The notes under the pieces were generated by a model. The model was not told where the DNA came from and ran no database searches. It worked only from the letters and a program-made list of their open reading frames with translations. Below, one piece after another: positions 21,506 through 32,790 of a stretch of DNA of 64,000 nt (position 1 is the first letter of the stretch; each line of letters starts with the position of its first letter). Source of the stretch: an uncultured archaeon (GTDB lineage Archaea; Thermoproteota; Bathyarchaeia; Bathyarchaeales; Bathycorpusculaceae); assembly GCA_963782915.1 (NCBI GenBank), contig CAWALK010000022.1, forward strand, positions 1 to 64,000, written 5' to 3'. The position numbers and the translations under genes are program-made.

Positions 21506-22129
21506 TTATTGTTGTTTTTGTTTTTTGGCGTCTGCGCGTTTGTTGATGGCGTCGATTTTTTCTGCGATGCGTTCGCTGCGTTGTTCTGCTGATGCGATGA
21601 GTGGTTTCCAGTCTTTCTTTTTGACTGTAGCTGTTAATTGGTCGGTTTGTGCCGGCAGTTTTTCTAGGGCGTCGTTGAAGTGTTTGTCTGCTGCTTCATC
21701 GGATTCGACTATGTCGAGTGCTTCTTCTGGGCATGCTTGGATGCATTTGGGGTCGCCTTCACATAGGTTGCATGCGATGGCTTTGCCGGATTCTGCGTTG
21801 ATGGCGATACCGCCGTGTGGGCAGGCTTGTACGCACCAGTCGCAGCCTTTGCATTTCTTATCGTCGATTATTAGTAAACTGTTAACTTCGCTTTGGGTTA
21901 TTGCGCGTTCGGGGCATGCTTTTACGCATCGGGCGTCGTGGCAGCCACGGCAGGTTAATGCAAAATTGAATACGGGTGCCATGCGGACTACGCGGATTCT
22001 GCTGCGGATGGGGTTCCAGTTGTTGGCTTCGCCTTTTTCGCTTGTGCAGGCGTATTCGCAGATTCCGCAGCCGATGCATTTGCTGGGGTCCACTGAGACA
22101 AATTTTCTTGGTAAGGTTTTAGCGGACAT
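21506..22129 (-). CDS. 4Fe-4S dicluster electron-transfer protein (AOR/DMSO-reductase beta-subunit-like)
   Basis: CIGCGICEYAC, CRGC...CVKACP, CKGCDWCVQACP, CNLC...CIQACP. Confidence 0.9.
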   Translation of the reverse strand: MSAKTLPRKFVSVDPSKCIGCGICEYACTSEKGEANNWNPIRSRIRVVRMAPVFNFALTCRGCHDARCVKACPERAITQSEVNSLLIIDDKKCKGCDWCVQACPHGGIAINAESGKAIACNLCEGDPKCIQACPEEALDIVESDEAADKHFNDALEKLPAQTDQLTATVKKKDWKPLIASAEQRSERIAEKIDAINKRADAKKQKQQ

Positions 22130-22205
22130 TAATTGACCAATCCTCTTGGTGTTAGTTATTTTACTGTGCATCATTGGCTTTTATGCGTTACCCAAGAAAA
22201 ACAGT

Positions 22206-22335
22206 TTTTCCATGACTGGAAAACAGCGGAAGTAACATTTTGTTGTAAAGAGTTGTAAACGTTAGTTTTTAGTCAGGGCTTGTAAGTATTTTAAAACTCT
22301 TGACCTCATAAAAACTCATATCTCTTTCTATGAGT
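22206..22335. promoter_or_regulatory. two inverted repeats upstream of the Fe-S gene (candidate operators)
   Basis: TTTTCCA-N4-TGGAAAA at 22206-22223; ACTCATA-N8-TATGAGT at 22314-22335. Confidence 0.35.
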
Positions 22336-22410
22336 AAATTAAAGATTGGTTGTGTCTTTGCTTTTATAGTAGTAAATAATGGCGGGCCCACTATACTTTT
22401 CTTCTTTCTA

Positions 22411-22489
22411 GGGGCTTGCCAGCGATTGCTTTTTAGGTTTTACGTTTGGTTTGGGTTTTTGGCGAGTTTAGGTGATTTCTACAAGCAGA
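22411..22489 (+). repeat. repeat module R1, degenerate copy b
   Basis: GCTTGCCAGCGATTGCTTTTTAG...TTTGGGTTTTTGGC...TTCTACAAGCAGA. Confidence 0.6.
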
Positions 22490-22715
22490 AAACCAGCTGA
22501 TGGCGCTTTTTCTGTCGTTTTTGTTTTTATCTCATTGCGTGGATGCTCTGCGGCGACTATACTCTTCTTTTTTAGAGCGCAAGCATGGATAGAACTACTG
22601 AAAAAGAGCTCACTTCTTTTACCTACCTAAGGTGGAATAACCTTCCGTTGAGAGAAGTTCTGCCGCTCTCCTGCTACTCTTTCTTAGCATTGTTCATCAA
22701 ACTTATGTTTAGGAT

Positions 22716-23480
22716 TTATTTAGTTCCCCCGTTATCTTCCAATAAAAAAACCGGGATGCCTTTAGCTATCTGCAGTAACTGGTCTGCCTTTTCTATGGGT
22801 AGCTTCATGTCCTTAAGAATGGTCTTTTGTGCATTTTTTGATTGATCCAAATCACTAGTTATGATTGCTTCCACAATAGGACAAATCTCCTCTGTCGGTT
22901 TATCTCCAAACACCTGTTACCCTTTTGCGGAAAGCATGAGTCCAGCCGTTTGAGGTATACAATTGTGGGTGCCATGTAGCTTCCCACTGATTTAACCTCA
23001 AGTCGTCTATAACCTATCACAGGATCATCTAAACTTATGAGGAGTTGTTTTGAAATTGAAATATTCAAAATAACAAAAATAAAAATATATAGGAATATCT
23101 TAATGTAGCCTAAAAGAGCTTTTTTAATTATTCTTTTTGCAAATAGCTCTTTTAAAACATTTAAAGCTTTATTAAAATCGTAGGTTCAAGGTCTTGGATA
23201 ACATCTTTTCTTTGAGTAACGATTATTTGTTTTCCTTTAGATAACGTACTAAAGCGATGCGTTACTAACCTAATACCCTTGCCCTCAGTTAAATGCTTGT
23301 TGTCGCCCCCTAAATGGACTGCCCAATCAGCTGCTCTTCCCGAGCATTTGCTGCAAAACTTTACGTATAGCATCCGAGGGATTGGAGTATATATGGTTCG
23401 TAAGTATTGGAATTAACGACTACATGCTGAGGGAAAATTTCAAAATCGAGATAATCATATCATAAAGTGGTTATTTGAAA
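22716..23480 (-). pseudogene. AT-rich fragmented ORF remnants of unknown origin
   Basis: Three short same-strand ORFs (65-70 aa) in AT-rich DNA; no recognisable family. Confidence 0.3.
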
Positions 23481-23486
23481 TACTAA

Positions 23487-23636
23487 TCACCTCGACTGAT
23501 TAGCATAGACACCATACATGTCATAGGTGAAGTAATCGCCGACGGCAACACCAGGTACCCATTTTGTTTCAGAGGCGCATACACTTGCAAGCAAGCCAAA
23601 AAGCAGCAGGAAAACGGTGACTTGAATTATTTTCAT
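23487..23636 (-). pseudogene. truncated secreted protein (signal peptide + GVAVGDYFTY start)
   Basis: MKIIQVTVFLLLFGLLASVCASETKWVPGVAVGDYFTYDMYGVYANQSR*; ends where the AT-rich DNA begins. Confidence 0.5.
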
Positions 23637-23746
23637 GTTGCAACAGTGCCTTATCTGCTCTTAGCGTTTAAAGAACTTTGGATAGTTTGCTTTGCAAAAG
23701 TTTTAATGATGACTATGCAATATATTTGGAAGCGGTTGAGAGCGGC

Positions 23747-25057
23747 GTGTCTGACGGTAAAGAAGAAATCTACTCAATCATGTTCAGTTCGCTTAAGCAT
23801 CCAGTCCGCCGCAAGATACTTCGCATTTTGGCAGATAAGCCATTGGCGTTTACTGAAATGCTCGATTTGCTGGGTATATCCAGTTCCAATTTAACTTATC
23901 ACCTTGACAATTTAGGTGAACTATTAAGTAAGGACGAAAAGGGTGTTTATCGGCTCTCCACGTTTGGGCAAGCCTCCGTTAGCACCATGAAAATTGTAGA
24001 AGAAGTCCCGCAAGTTCAACCAAAAAGACGAACTTCATTGAATAAGAAATGGCGATTAGTCACAGGAGTTTTGCTTATCGGTTTAATCGTGTTTGCAAGC
24101 CTCGCAACATTAGAGGTAACTACCCTTAATGCTGCCCTAAGTGAACGGGATTCTTTACAGTCAAAGTATGACCAACTCCTGTCGTGGTCAAGTACCACAG
24201 ACAACGCAATCGATTTTCTCCAAACTGTAGTGCAGTTGGATACGGCAAAGTATCAAGCGAACTTACTAAGCAGGACCGTTGAGACAAAAACGGAGTTAGG
24301 GAGCATAGCTCAGGAAGTAATCAAATATTCTCTGTCAGGCATTGATGACAGTGGTGCCTCAAGCAGGTTAAGCGTTGCATTCAGATTCCGCAATGGACAA
24401 TTTTCACAGTACCAACTAACAGTTGATGAAGGTTCCCCGATTTACGCTGAACCCCAGTCCCCATTCGTATTGGATGCAGCCAAAAATGTCGTTGACAGAT
24501 TACAGGGCTACGAAAGCGGCCCTTACTTATCCAACATGAGCCGTTTAATGTCTTTAGTTAACACCTCTGAAAGTATAGAAATCAAAGAAGGAAACTTCAA
24601 ACTTAACGCTACTGTTTCCGGTAATGATGCAGACGTTGTAATAGAGTACACCGAAAACGGAGTGGATTTTGAACAAAAGGGCGTAAACTTGGTTTTCAAG
24701 GATGGCGTCCTTAAAGAGTTGACTGACGGTTGGGGTCTATACAGCATCGGAAGCACCACTGTCACGATTGACAAAGAACGTGCCGTATCCTTAGCAAAGA
24801 ACGCTCTTAGTAATTATCAATGGGCAGACAACGGTGTAGTCGTTTCAAGCTTCCAGTACAACCCTGATCCTGCAGTAGTAATCTTCCGCCCAAACACTAA
24901 AAACGACTTAACCCTGTATCCGCAGTGGTCGGTAACTTTCTTCCTTGACAAGGTCTATGCAGGTGGCGATTACATGATTGTAGTGTTTATTTGGGCGGAC
25001 ACTGGCGAAGTGGCGGCGGTTACTCCACGGGACAGTCCGCTGACTTTTAGCAGCTAA
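23747..25057 (+). CDS. membrane-anchored winged-helix (ArsR-like) regulator with large extracytoplasmic domain
   Basis: LKHPVRRKIL..L...FTEM...LGISSSNLTYHL..L wHTH, then one TM (LVTGVLLIGLIVFASLA), a coiled coil and a beta-rich domain. Confidence 0.8.
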   Translation: MSDGKEEIYSIMFSSLKHPVRRKILRILADKPLAFTEMLDLLGISSSNLTYHLDNLGELLSKDEKGVYRLSTFGQASVSTMKIVEEVPQVQPKRRTSLNKKWRLVTGVLLIGLIVFASLATLEVTTLNAALSERDSLQSKYDQLLSWSSTTDNAIDFLQTVVQLDTAKYQANLLSRTVETKTELGSIAQEVIKYSLSGIDDSGASSRLSVAFRFRNGQFSQYQLTVDEGSPIYAEPQSPFVLDAAKNVVDRLQGYESGPYLSNMSRLMSLVNTSESIEIKEGNFKLNATVSGNDADVVIEYTENGVDFEQKGVNLVFKDGVLKELTDGWGLYSIGSTTVTIDKERAVSLAKNALSNYQWADNGVVVSSFQYNPDPAVVIFRPNTKNDLTLYPQWSVTFFLDKVYAGGDYMIVVFIWADTGEVAAVTPRDSPLTFSS

Positions 25058-25100
25058 CCAACCCTTTTTTGTTATAACTTTAATCAAGATTCTCTGTTGT

Positions 25101-25292
25101 TCTGCTTGCGGTTTATTGCACAACCAGCCAGCAACCCAACTCCAACTCCGAAACTAAAACGCAATCGCCAGCAAACACCACTGGTTGTTGTTGTGTAAAG
25201 GTGCTTTTCGGCAACAACGACTATAGAAAAAACAAGCACCCACCCAAAATATAATCCACTAATAAAAATTTGGAGTCTACTAAGAGCAGCAA
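25101..25292 (-). repeat. repeat copy joining R2-like and R1 modules (copy c)
   Basis: Reverse complement TTGGGTGGGTG..GTTTTTTCTA..GTTGTTGCCGAAAAGC..CAACAACAACCAGTGG..TTGCTGGCGATTGC..TTGGGTTGCTGGCTGGTTG..GCAAGCAGA. Confidence 0.7.
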
Positions 25293-25358
25293 CCATTCTC
25301 CTGTATACAGAAGCATCAACCAAACACACAAAAAAGAAAGCGGAAAACTAGTATTTTC

Positions 25359-26582
25359 TTAGTCTCGAACCGCATTCTCCAAAGCAACAACACCCGGAAG
25401 CTTCTTACCCATCAAAAACTCGATAAGCGCTCCACCGGCAGTGCTGATGTAACCGATTTTTTTGGTTAAGCCGTATTCTTGGATGGCTGCGATGGTGTTT
25501 CCTCCGCCTGCTAAACTAAACGCTTTGCTCTCAGCGATAGCTTCTAAAACGCCTTTTGTGCCGTAGCAGAACTGTGGGTTTTCGTACACACCCATTGGTC
25601 CGCTGACGACGATGGATTTTGCTGAGGAGAGGATTTTTGCGTATGCATCGACTGTTTTGCTGCCTAAATCCAAAATTGGATATTCAGCGGGCAATTCTTC
25701 AGCGTTGATTTCTCGGCGGTCGCCATAAACGTTGAGGGCAACATCGAGTGGCACTTTGACTTTTTCGCCGTACTGTTCAATCAACGCTTTGATGCCGGGG
25801 ATAAACTGAGTCAACTCTTTCTTCGCTAAATAGTCCATGGTGGGTTTGCCTAAGTTAACGCCTTTAGCAGCCAAAAACAACTGGCAAGTGACGCCGCCAA
25901 CCAAAACATAGTCAGCTAAGTTTTTGCCTAAAACGTATTTGCTGATTTCGAGGCTGTCATCGGCTTTGGCTCCTCCGAAAACGTAAACGGCGGGTCTTTG
26001 AGAGGTCTCCACGATTTTGCTCAGTGATTTGAGTTCTTTTTCCATGATGCGTCCTGCCGCTGAGGGCAAAACGGCGGTGAAGCCAACAATAGACACATGC
26101 CCACGATGGGCAGCTGAGAAAGCATCATTGACGAATATGTCTGCGAGCGGCGCCAAATTCTGCACCAACGCCGTTTTTGATTGCTGTTCAGGTGTGCCGT
26201 TTTTGGTTTCTCCATCCCAGCTGCGCACGTTTTCCAGCACTAAAACTTCTCCGCCTTGCAAGCTTTTGATGGCGGCTTTGGCTTTGTCGCCGTATAAGTC
26301 ATCAACATATTTTACTGGACACTTCATAATGCCTGCCAACACTGCAACATGGTCTTTTAGGGTGGTGTAGTCTGGGTCGCCTTTGCGTCCTTGATGCGCA
26401 AGAACCACAACTTTGGCGCCTTTCTCCGCTAACTCTTTGAGGGTTGATTCAGCATGCGCACGAATACGCACGTCGCTGGTTACCTTTTTTGTTTGGGGAT
26501 CGATTTCTGAGTTAAAATCCACCCGAACAAGCACAGTCTTGTTTAGGAAGTTAAAGTCATCTAAAGTTTTGTATGTAGCCAT
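25359..26582 (-). CDS. pgk: phosphoglycerate kinase (archaeal type)
   Basis: RVDFNS, AHQGR, LENVR, NDAFSAAHR, GGAK, ISTAGGA. Confidence 0.96.
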   Translation of the reverse strand: MATYKTLDDFNFLNKTVLVRVDFNSEIDPQTKKVTSDVRIRAHAESTLKELAEKGAKVVVLAHQGRKGDPDYTTLKDHVAVLAGIMKCPVKYVDDLYGDKAKAAIKSLQGGEVLVLENVRSWDGETKNGTPEQQSKTALVQNLAPLADIFVNDAFSAAHRGHVSIVGFTAVLPSAAGRIMEKELKSLSKIVETSQRPAVYVFGGAKADDSLEISKYVLGKNLADYVLVGGVTCQLFLAAKGVNLGKPTMDYLAKKELTQFIPGIKALIEQYGEKVKVPLDVALNVYGDRREINAEELPAEYPILDLGSKTVDAYAKILSSAKSIVVSGPMGVYENPQFCYGTKGVLEAIAESKAFSLAGGGNTIAAIQEYGLTKKIGYISTAGGALIEFLMGKKLPGVVALENAVRD

Positions 26583-26650
26583 TCCTTTCACTCAACTTTA
26601 GCCTTATCTACAAAAAGAAAAGAAAGAATAATTAAAGCTTGCTCGGTTGC

Positions 26651-27670
26651 TTAGAGGTTTGCTTTTTTGCCGACCATTTCGATGAAGTCAACCATGCGGT
26701 TGCTAAAGCCCCATTCGTTATCGTACCATGCGAATACTTTAACAAAGTTGCTCTTCTCACCCAGTACCATGGTTAAGCCTGCGTCGAAAACGCTGCTGTA
26801 GCTATTGTGCAGTACATCGCTTGAGACAATTGGGTCTTCAGTGTATTGTAGGATGCCTTTGAGTTCGCCTTCCGCTGCTTTCTTCATGGCTGCATTGATT
26901 TCTTGTTTGGTGACGTCTTTGCCTAAGACTGCGACTAGGTCTACGATGGATACGTCTGGGGTTGGTACACGCAGTGACATGCCGTTCATTTTGCCTGCGC
27001 AGCTTGGTAGGACTTCGCCGATGGCTTTTGCTGCGCCTGTGCCTGTTGGGATAATGTTGATGGCTGCGGCGCGTGCGCGTCTGAGGTCTTTGTGGACGAG
27101 GTCTTGGACTTTTTGGTCGTTAGTGTAACTGTGGCAGGTGGTCATGAAAGCTTTTTCGAGTCCAAAGTTGTCGGATAAGACTTTGCTAATTGGGGCTAAG
27201 CCGTTGGTTGTGCAGCTGGCGTTGCTTAAGATATTGTCTGTGTCTGGGTTGTAGGTTTCATCGTTTACGCCTAAAACGATGGTGCGGTCAGGTTTTTCTG
27301 CTGGAGCGGATATGAGGACTTTTTTGGCTCCTGCCGTGAGGTGTTTGGATGCGCCTTCGCGGTTGGTGAATAAACCTGTGCTTTCCACTGCAAGATACAC
27401 ACCAAGTTGTTTCCAGGGTAAATTCGCTGGGTCTCTTTCCTGGAGGCATTTGAGCATTTTGCCGTTAACTACAAGGTCACTACCTTGTACTTCGACTGTA
27501 CCTGGAAAGCGTCCGTGAACAGAGTCATATTTGAGCAGATGCGCGTTGGTTTTTGCGTCTGCTAAATCGTTTACTGCAACAAAATCAATGTTAGCGTTTT
27601 TTTCGATGGCTGCTCGGTAGAGAAGTCTGCCGATTCTTCCAAAACCGTTAATTCCAACTTTGATTGGCAT
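26651..27670 (-). CDS. gap: type I (bacterial/eukaryotic-like) glyceraldehyde-3-phosphate dehydrogenase
   Basis: [39 protein letters not shown]. Confidence 0.96.
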   Translation of the reverse strand: MPIKVGINGFGRIGRLLYRAAIEKNANIDFVAVNDLADAKTNAHLLKYDSVHGRFPGTVEVQGSDLVVNGKMLKCLQERDPANLPWKQLGVYLAVESTGLFTNREGASKHLTAGAKKVLISAPAEKPDRTIVLGVNDETYNPDTDNILSNASCTTNGLAPISKVLSDNFGLEKAFMTTCHSYTNDQKVQDLVHKDLRRARAAAINIIPTGTGAAKAIGEVLPSCAGKMNGMSLRVPTPDVSIVDLVAVLGKDVTKQEINAAMKKAAEGELKGILQYTEDPIVSSDVLHNSYSSVFDAGLTMVLGEKSNFVKVFAWYDNEWGFSNRMVDFIEMVGKKANL

Positions 27671-27880
27671 AAACCGTTTCTCCAATATGAGTTTTTAGAA
27701 TCTGTTCTTGGTTAATTAATTTTGCTACCTCACAAAAAACGCCTAAATGAGAATCAAGCGCAACTTTGTGGTTCTATGGGTTTTTCTGTTTTGCTATTGC
27801 GGGGCAAACAACTTTGCTGTTTGTTGATATTTATGGGTCTGTTAAATACACGATTTAATGTTGCCAGAACTGCGCGGACT

Positions 27881-28112
27881 GTTGCTTGGGAAAAAACTAT
27901 AGCCCCTTATTTATAGGCTCAACAATTGCTGAAAGGCAGCGGGTAGTGGTGAGCGTTCATTGGATGGGTGTAGTTTTTTGTAGGCGTTTGTTGACTGGAA
28001 GCTTGTGTTTGTTGTGCGTCTGTTTTTGGGTACCGATCGGTTTTCAAGTTGCAAAGGGATTTTGTTGCTTTGCCAAGGACCCCCCTCCCCTATATATAGA
28101 ATGACAAATGCC
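27881..28112 (+). repeat. repeat module R2 (two C-string/TATA motifs about 178 nt apart)
   Basis: CTATAGCCCCTTATTTATAGGCTCAACA ... TTTGTTGCTTTGCCAAGGACCCCCCTCCCCTATATATAGAATGACAAATGCC. Confidence 0.72.
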
Positions 28113-28221
28113 GTCTAACCCCATCGAGGTAGCGAGCATTCGTTGAAAATCGGTCGTATTCAAGCAATATCTGTTGGGTGCGGCTTGTTCAAAGTGTGCG
28201 TTTGCAGGGAACGAGAGGGAG

Positions 28222-31200
28222 TTATCGTGTTTGAGGTAACTCCACCGTGAACTTTGTCCCTTTGCCCGCTACACTCTCAAACACAATATTACCCTGCAAC
28301 GCCTCCACCAACCGCTTAACCACAGCCAAACCTAAACCTTGACCCTTAGATTTCGTGGTGAACAGCGGCGTAAACATCTTCGCCTTAACCTCATCAGGAA
28401 TACCTACACCAGTGTCTTGAACGGTTATTACGGTGACATCTTTTGTCTTGGTTGCTTGTATGGTGAGTTTGCCCTCTTCCTGCATAGCTTGAACCGCGTT
28501 AGTCATCAGGTTAGTGAGGATTCGTCTCATGTATGCAATGTCTGCCTTGATTGGCTTAGCATTGTTGGCGACGTTTGTTGAAACCTCAATGCCCTTAGGA
28601 ACGTTGATTGTTAGCAGCGTGCCTTCGATGAGTTCAGACAGGTTGGCGTCTTGCAGGTTCGGTTTTAGGGGTCTGGTGTAATCCTGCAAGTCACTGACGA
28701 TTTTGTTGATGTAGCCAAGGTTCTGGTTGACGGAGTCTATGCTCTCCATGATGGCTTCTTTGTTTTCGCCGTCTTCCATGTCTTTGGCTTCTTCTGAGAT
28801 AATGTACATGTCACTGGTTATTGCCTGCAAAGGATTGCGAATGTCATGTCCAACCATGCCTGCGGTTTGCCCGATTGCCGCCAGCCGCTCAGCGTTTTGG
28901 AGTTGCTGGGCTCTTTGCTCGGCAAGTTCCTCCATTTGGCTAGCATACTCTTCAAGCATGACAGCGTTCTCTTCCAATTTCTCCTGTGCTCTGGCGCGTG
29001 CTTGTTCAGTCTGTTTTAACTCATCAATGTCTATGGCGTAGATGCGTATCTGCTTGGTTTGGGGGACTAAGTAGAGTTGTTGGTGGTACCAGTGTCCGTT
29101 AATTTTTACTTCTCTTCCAAACGTATTTGTGCTCTTATCTTCAAAGGCTGATTGGACATGTTCCCAGTCGTAGAAGAAAATATGTTTTAAACCTTCTACT
29201 TCAAGGGTATGGAACAATCTTTTGGTCGCAGGGTTAATGTAGGTTATTTTGCCTTCAACGGTTACTTCTATAACTGGGTTGGGGTTAAGAGTTGGGAATG
29301 AGGCTAAACGAGCAATTTCTTTTTCAGCTCTCTTGCGTTCAGTAACATCGAGGACTTGGGCAAGAATAGAAACTAGTTTGCCATTAGCATCATAAATTGC
29401 AGAGTTATACCATTCACAATCAACGATTGAGCCATCTTTTCGCAAGTTTCGGTTAGAGCTGACAATACGTGGTCTTTTTCCATTTAGCAAATCTGTGGAT
29501 ATTTGCTGAACTATCCCAATATCATCAGCATATACCCATGGCATCTCTGCGATGGATTTACCTAATATCTCCTCTTTCGTCCAGCCGAATACACGCGTCG
29601 CCTGTTCAGACCAGCGGATAACACGGAACTCTGGGTCAAACTCAATCACCGCTTCTGGTGAATTATCCATATGAGCATCCAGACGTTGCTTAGCTTGGGC
29701 TATTTCCACTTCAGATTTCTTGCGTTCTGTTAAGTCAACGTTTGATTCCAGGATACTCTTTATTTTTCCTTGCGTTGTTTCTTCTGCTTGCCACCAACTT
29801 TGAACGGTTACTTCTTTTCCACTCTTGGTTCGGTGAACAAGTTCTCCTGACCATTTCTTGTTAACATTTAGTTTATCCATAATAGAGTCTAAGGGTTCTG
29901 GGAATTTTGTTTCGAAAAGTGCATGAGTGCTTTTTCCTATAGCTTCCTTTTTAGTCCACCCATAGAGTTTTTCTGCACCTTTGCTCCAGAAATTTATAGT
30001 GCCGTCTAATGCTCTAACGATTATGGCGTCGGGACTCAAGTCAATTAATGCGGCTTGACGTTGAATTGCGTCCTCGTTTTTCTTGCGTTCAGTTATATCT
30101 CGGAAAACAAGGACTACTCCGCGAATTGCTCCGCCGTCTTCAGTGACTATAGGTGCTCCACTGTCATCTATGGGAACTTCCGTTCCGTCTTTACGAATTA
30201 AAAGAGTATGGTTAGCTAAACCAACGATTAGACCTTCTCGTAGAACCTTGGTAACTGGGCTCTCTACTTCTTTTCGGGTATGTTCGTTTATGATATTGAA
30301 AACTTGTTTGATAGGGATTTGTTTAGCTTCATTTAAGGTCCAACCTGTCAGTTCTTCGGCTACTGGATTCATGAAGGTAATTTTTCCTTCAGTGTCTGTT
30401 GCGATGACAGCATCGCCTATACTTGTTAGTGTGGTTGACCAGCGTTGCTCACTTTCATGTAGTGCCTCGGTTCGCTCTGCAACCATTTGCTCAAGGTGTT
30501 CTCGGTATTTCTGTAGGTCTTTCTCGGCATGTTTCCGATCTGTAATGTCAAGACCCATTTCCAAAACTGCTGTCGATCCATCTTGGTTGACGAATGGAAA
30601 ATCATAGATATCGTAGTCTCTTTCGTTTGGACCTGTCCATTGCCAGCGATGGGGTTTATTGGTTTTTAGAACTTTGTAGGTTTCACAGTTTTCGCAGGCG
30701 GAATCGCGGTTGAAGAGAAAACCGTAGCATGGTCTCCCTTTTGATTCGCCGAAAGATTCACGGAAAACTTTGTTGGCGAAGAGCGTTTTGTAGTTCTTAT
30801 CAAGCAGGATAACGTAGGAGGGGAGCGTTTCGAGCACTTGGTATAGGCGTTGACGTTCGTTATCAGCTGCCTTGGTGCGTTCATGGACCCGCTGCTCCAA
30901 GGTATCATTCAGTTTTTTGAGTGCGTCTTCTACTTGTTTTCTCTCAGTGATATCCTCGAAGACGGCAATGAAGTAGCCTTTTCGTTCGCTGTAGACGGAA
31001 ACTGAAAACCAAGTGGCAAGCGGCTTGAAATATATTTCGAAGCGTTCTTTTTTGCCTGTTGAAGCAACTCTGCCGTAGGTTTCGATTAATTCTGGGTTTG
31101 CTTCAATTGTTCCTGGTATGGCTTCAGAGACTTTCTTTCCTACAACTGTTTCTCTTTTTAATCGTGTCAATCTTTCGAAGGCGTCGTTGACATCGAGATA

Positions 31201-32596
31201 AACAAAATCTATCGGGTTACCTTCATTGTCATATAACATTTGGCAATGAGCAAAGCCGTCAATCATGTTAGCGAATAGGCTTCTGTATTTTTCTTCGCTC
31301 TGTTTTAGGGCTTCTTCTGCTTTCTTACGTTCGGTTATGTCTATGAGGGTCGTTAAGAGATGGTCTTCGCCGTTAATGGTCAACTTTTCAACGGAGAGGA
31401 GCGTCTGTATAATTCTGCCGCTTTTTGTTTTGAAAGCCATTTCTTGATTGCGTATTCTGCCCTCTTTATTTAAAAGGGATAGAAAAGCTGCTCTGCCTTC
31501 AGGTGCTGTGAAGACATTAATTTCAGGGGATGTACGACCAATAACTTCGCTGCGGCTATACTCGAATATCTGTTGGAAAGCGTCGTTAACATCCACATAG
31601 CGTCCGTCTGAGAGACGAGTAATAATCACCGCAACAGGGCTCTGACTAAAGACTTTTGAGAATCGCTCTTCGCTCTGTCTGGTGGCTTCTTCAGCCTTTT
31701 TACGTTGAAACGCACCCACGATAACTGGCGCTAACGATTCAAGAGCGGCTAACTCAGTGTCTGTAAAGCCGCCTTCACGGTTACCCACAGCAATCATACC
31801 AATTGTTTTGCCATCGCTTTTAAGTGGAACACCCAGAAAACTTGCCAGCGGCGGATGACCTGCAGGTAAGCCAATACTATCTGGATGATGGGCTGGGTCG
31901 TTTGTGTAGAAGCTTTTCCCATCACTCAATACTTTGCCATAAAGTCCATGAATCTTAAAGTTACCCGGAGGTCTGCGGTGCCCATTGGAAGCTATTATTT
32001 TACAGGCTTCCCAACCGGGATTGCTAATCGCAATATCTTCAAGCCCCTTTGGATTGATTTCGCCGATAAATCCAAACTTGCTTTGGGTAACTTGTTCAGC
32101 TACTAAAAGGCATACTTCACCGAGCGCCTCTTCAGTTCCTTTTAAGGCGGCTTCTAAAATCGTGTTGGCACCCTGTTGAATAAGATTCTGCCGTTTTGCC
32201 TGTTGCTCTGCAATCTTTCGTTCACTAATATCCTCGAAAATAGAGACGAAATAGTTTTTTTGCGGACTATAAGCGGAGATGTGATACCACTTCTTGCGGA
32301 CATCAGCATACCGCTCAGTAACAAGTGATTCACCAGTTAATGCTACTTTGCCATAGAGGTTAATCCAATCTGCAGGGTCACTTTGAATATTTGGCAAGAA
32401 CCTCCGTGGCTTTCTTACCGATAACATCTGACTTTTTAACCCCATTTATTCGTTCGTAGGCATCGTTAACGTCTAGGTAAACCCAATCAAGTGGTTTCCC
32501 CTTTTCATCAGTGATTATTTGGCAGTAAGCAAAGCCCTCTGATATTTTTGAAAAGAGAAAATCTATCTGGCTAAGGTCAGGTCTTGTGTCACGCAT
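28222..32596 (-). CDS. multi-PAS/GAF sensor histidine kinase; frameshift near 32390
   Basis: Several PAS/PAC units ending in DITERK, one GAF domain, H-box VGHDIRNPL, N-box NAVQAM, DTGVGI, FTTKSKGQGLGL. Confidence 0.93.
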
Positions 32597-32790
32597 AGTA
32601 TAACCGGCCCAGTAAGTTAACCTAAACAATCCGCTTTTTCCATTAATAGGGTTTTTGCACATATAATAAATGAAAATCAGGCAAACCACAGGAAAACAAA
32701 AGCCAAACGAGAGGATAACATGAAATTTGGTTTGGATAATTCTTAAATCTCCAAACTGCGTTCTCAAACAAGTCAAAGGATGTAATTAAA

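Noticed and set aside
21525-22136. Long antisense ORFs (also 30083-30607, 32643-33212 and others)
   Set aside because: Shadows of well-supported genes on the opposite strand
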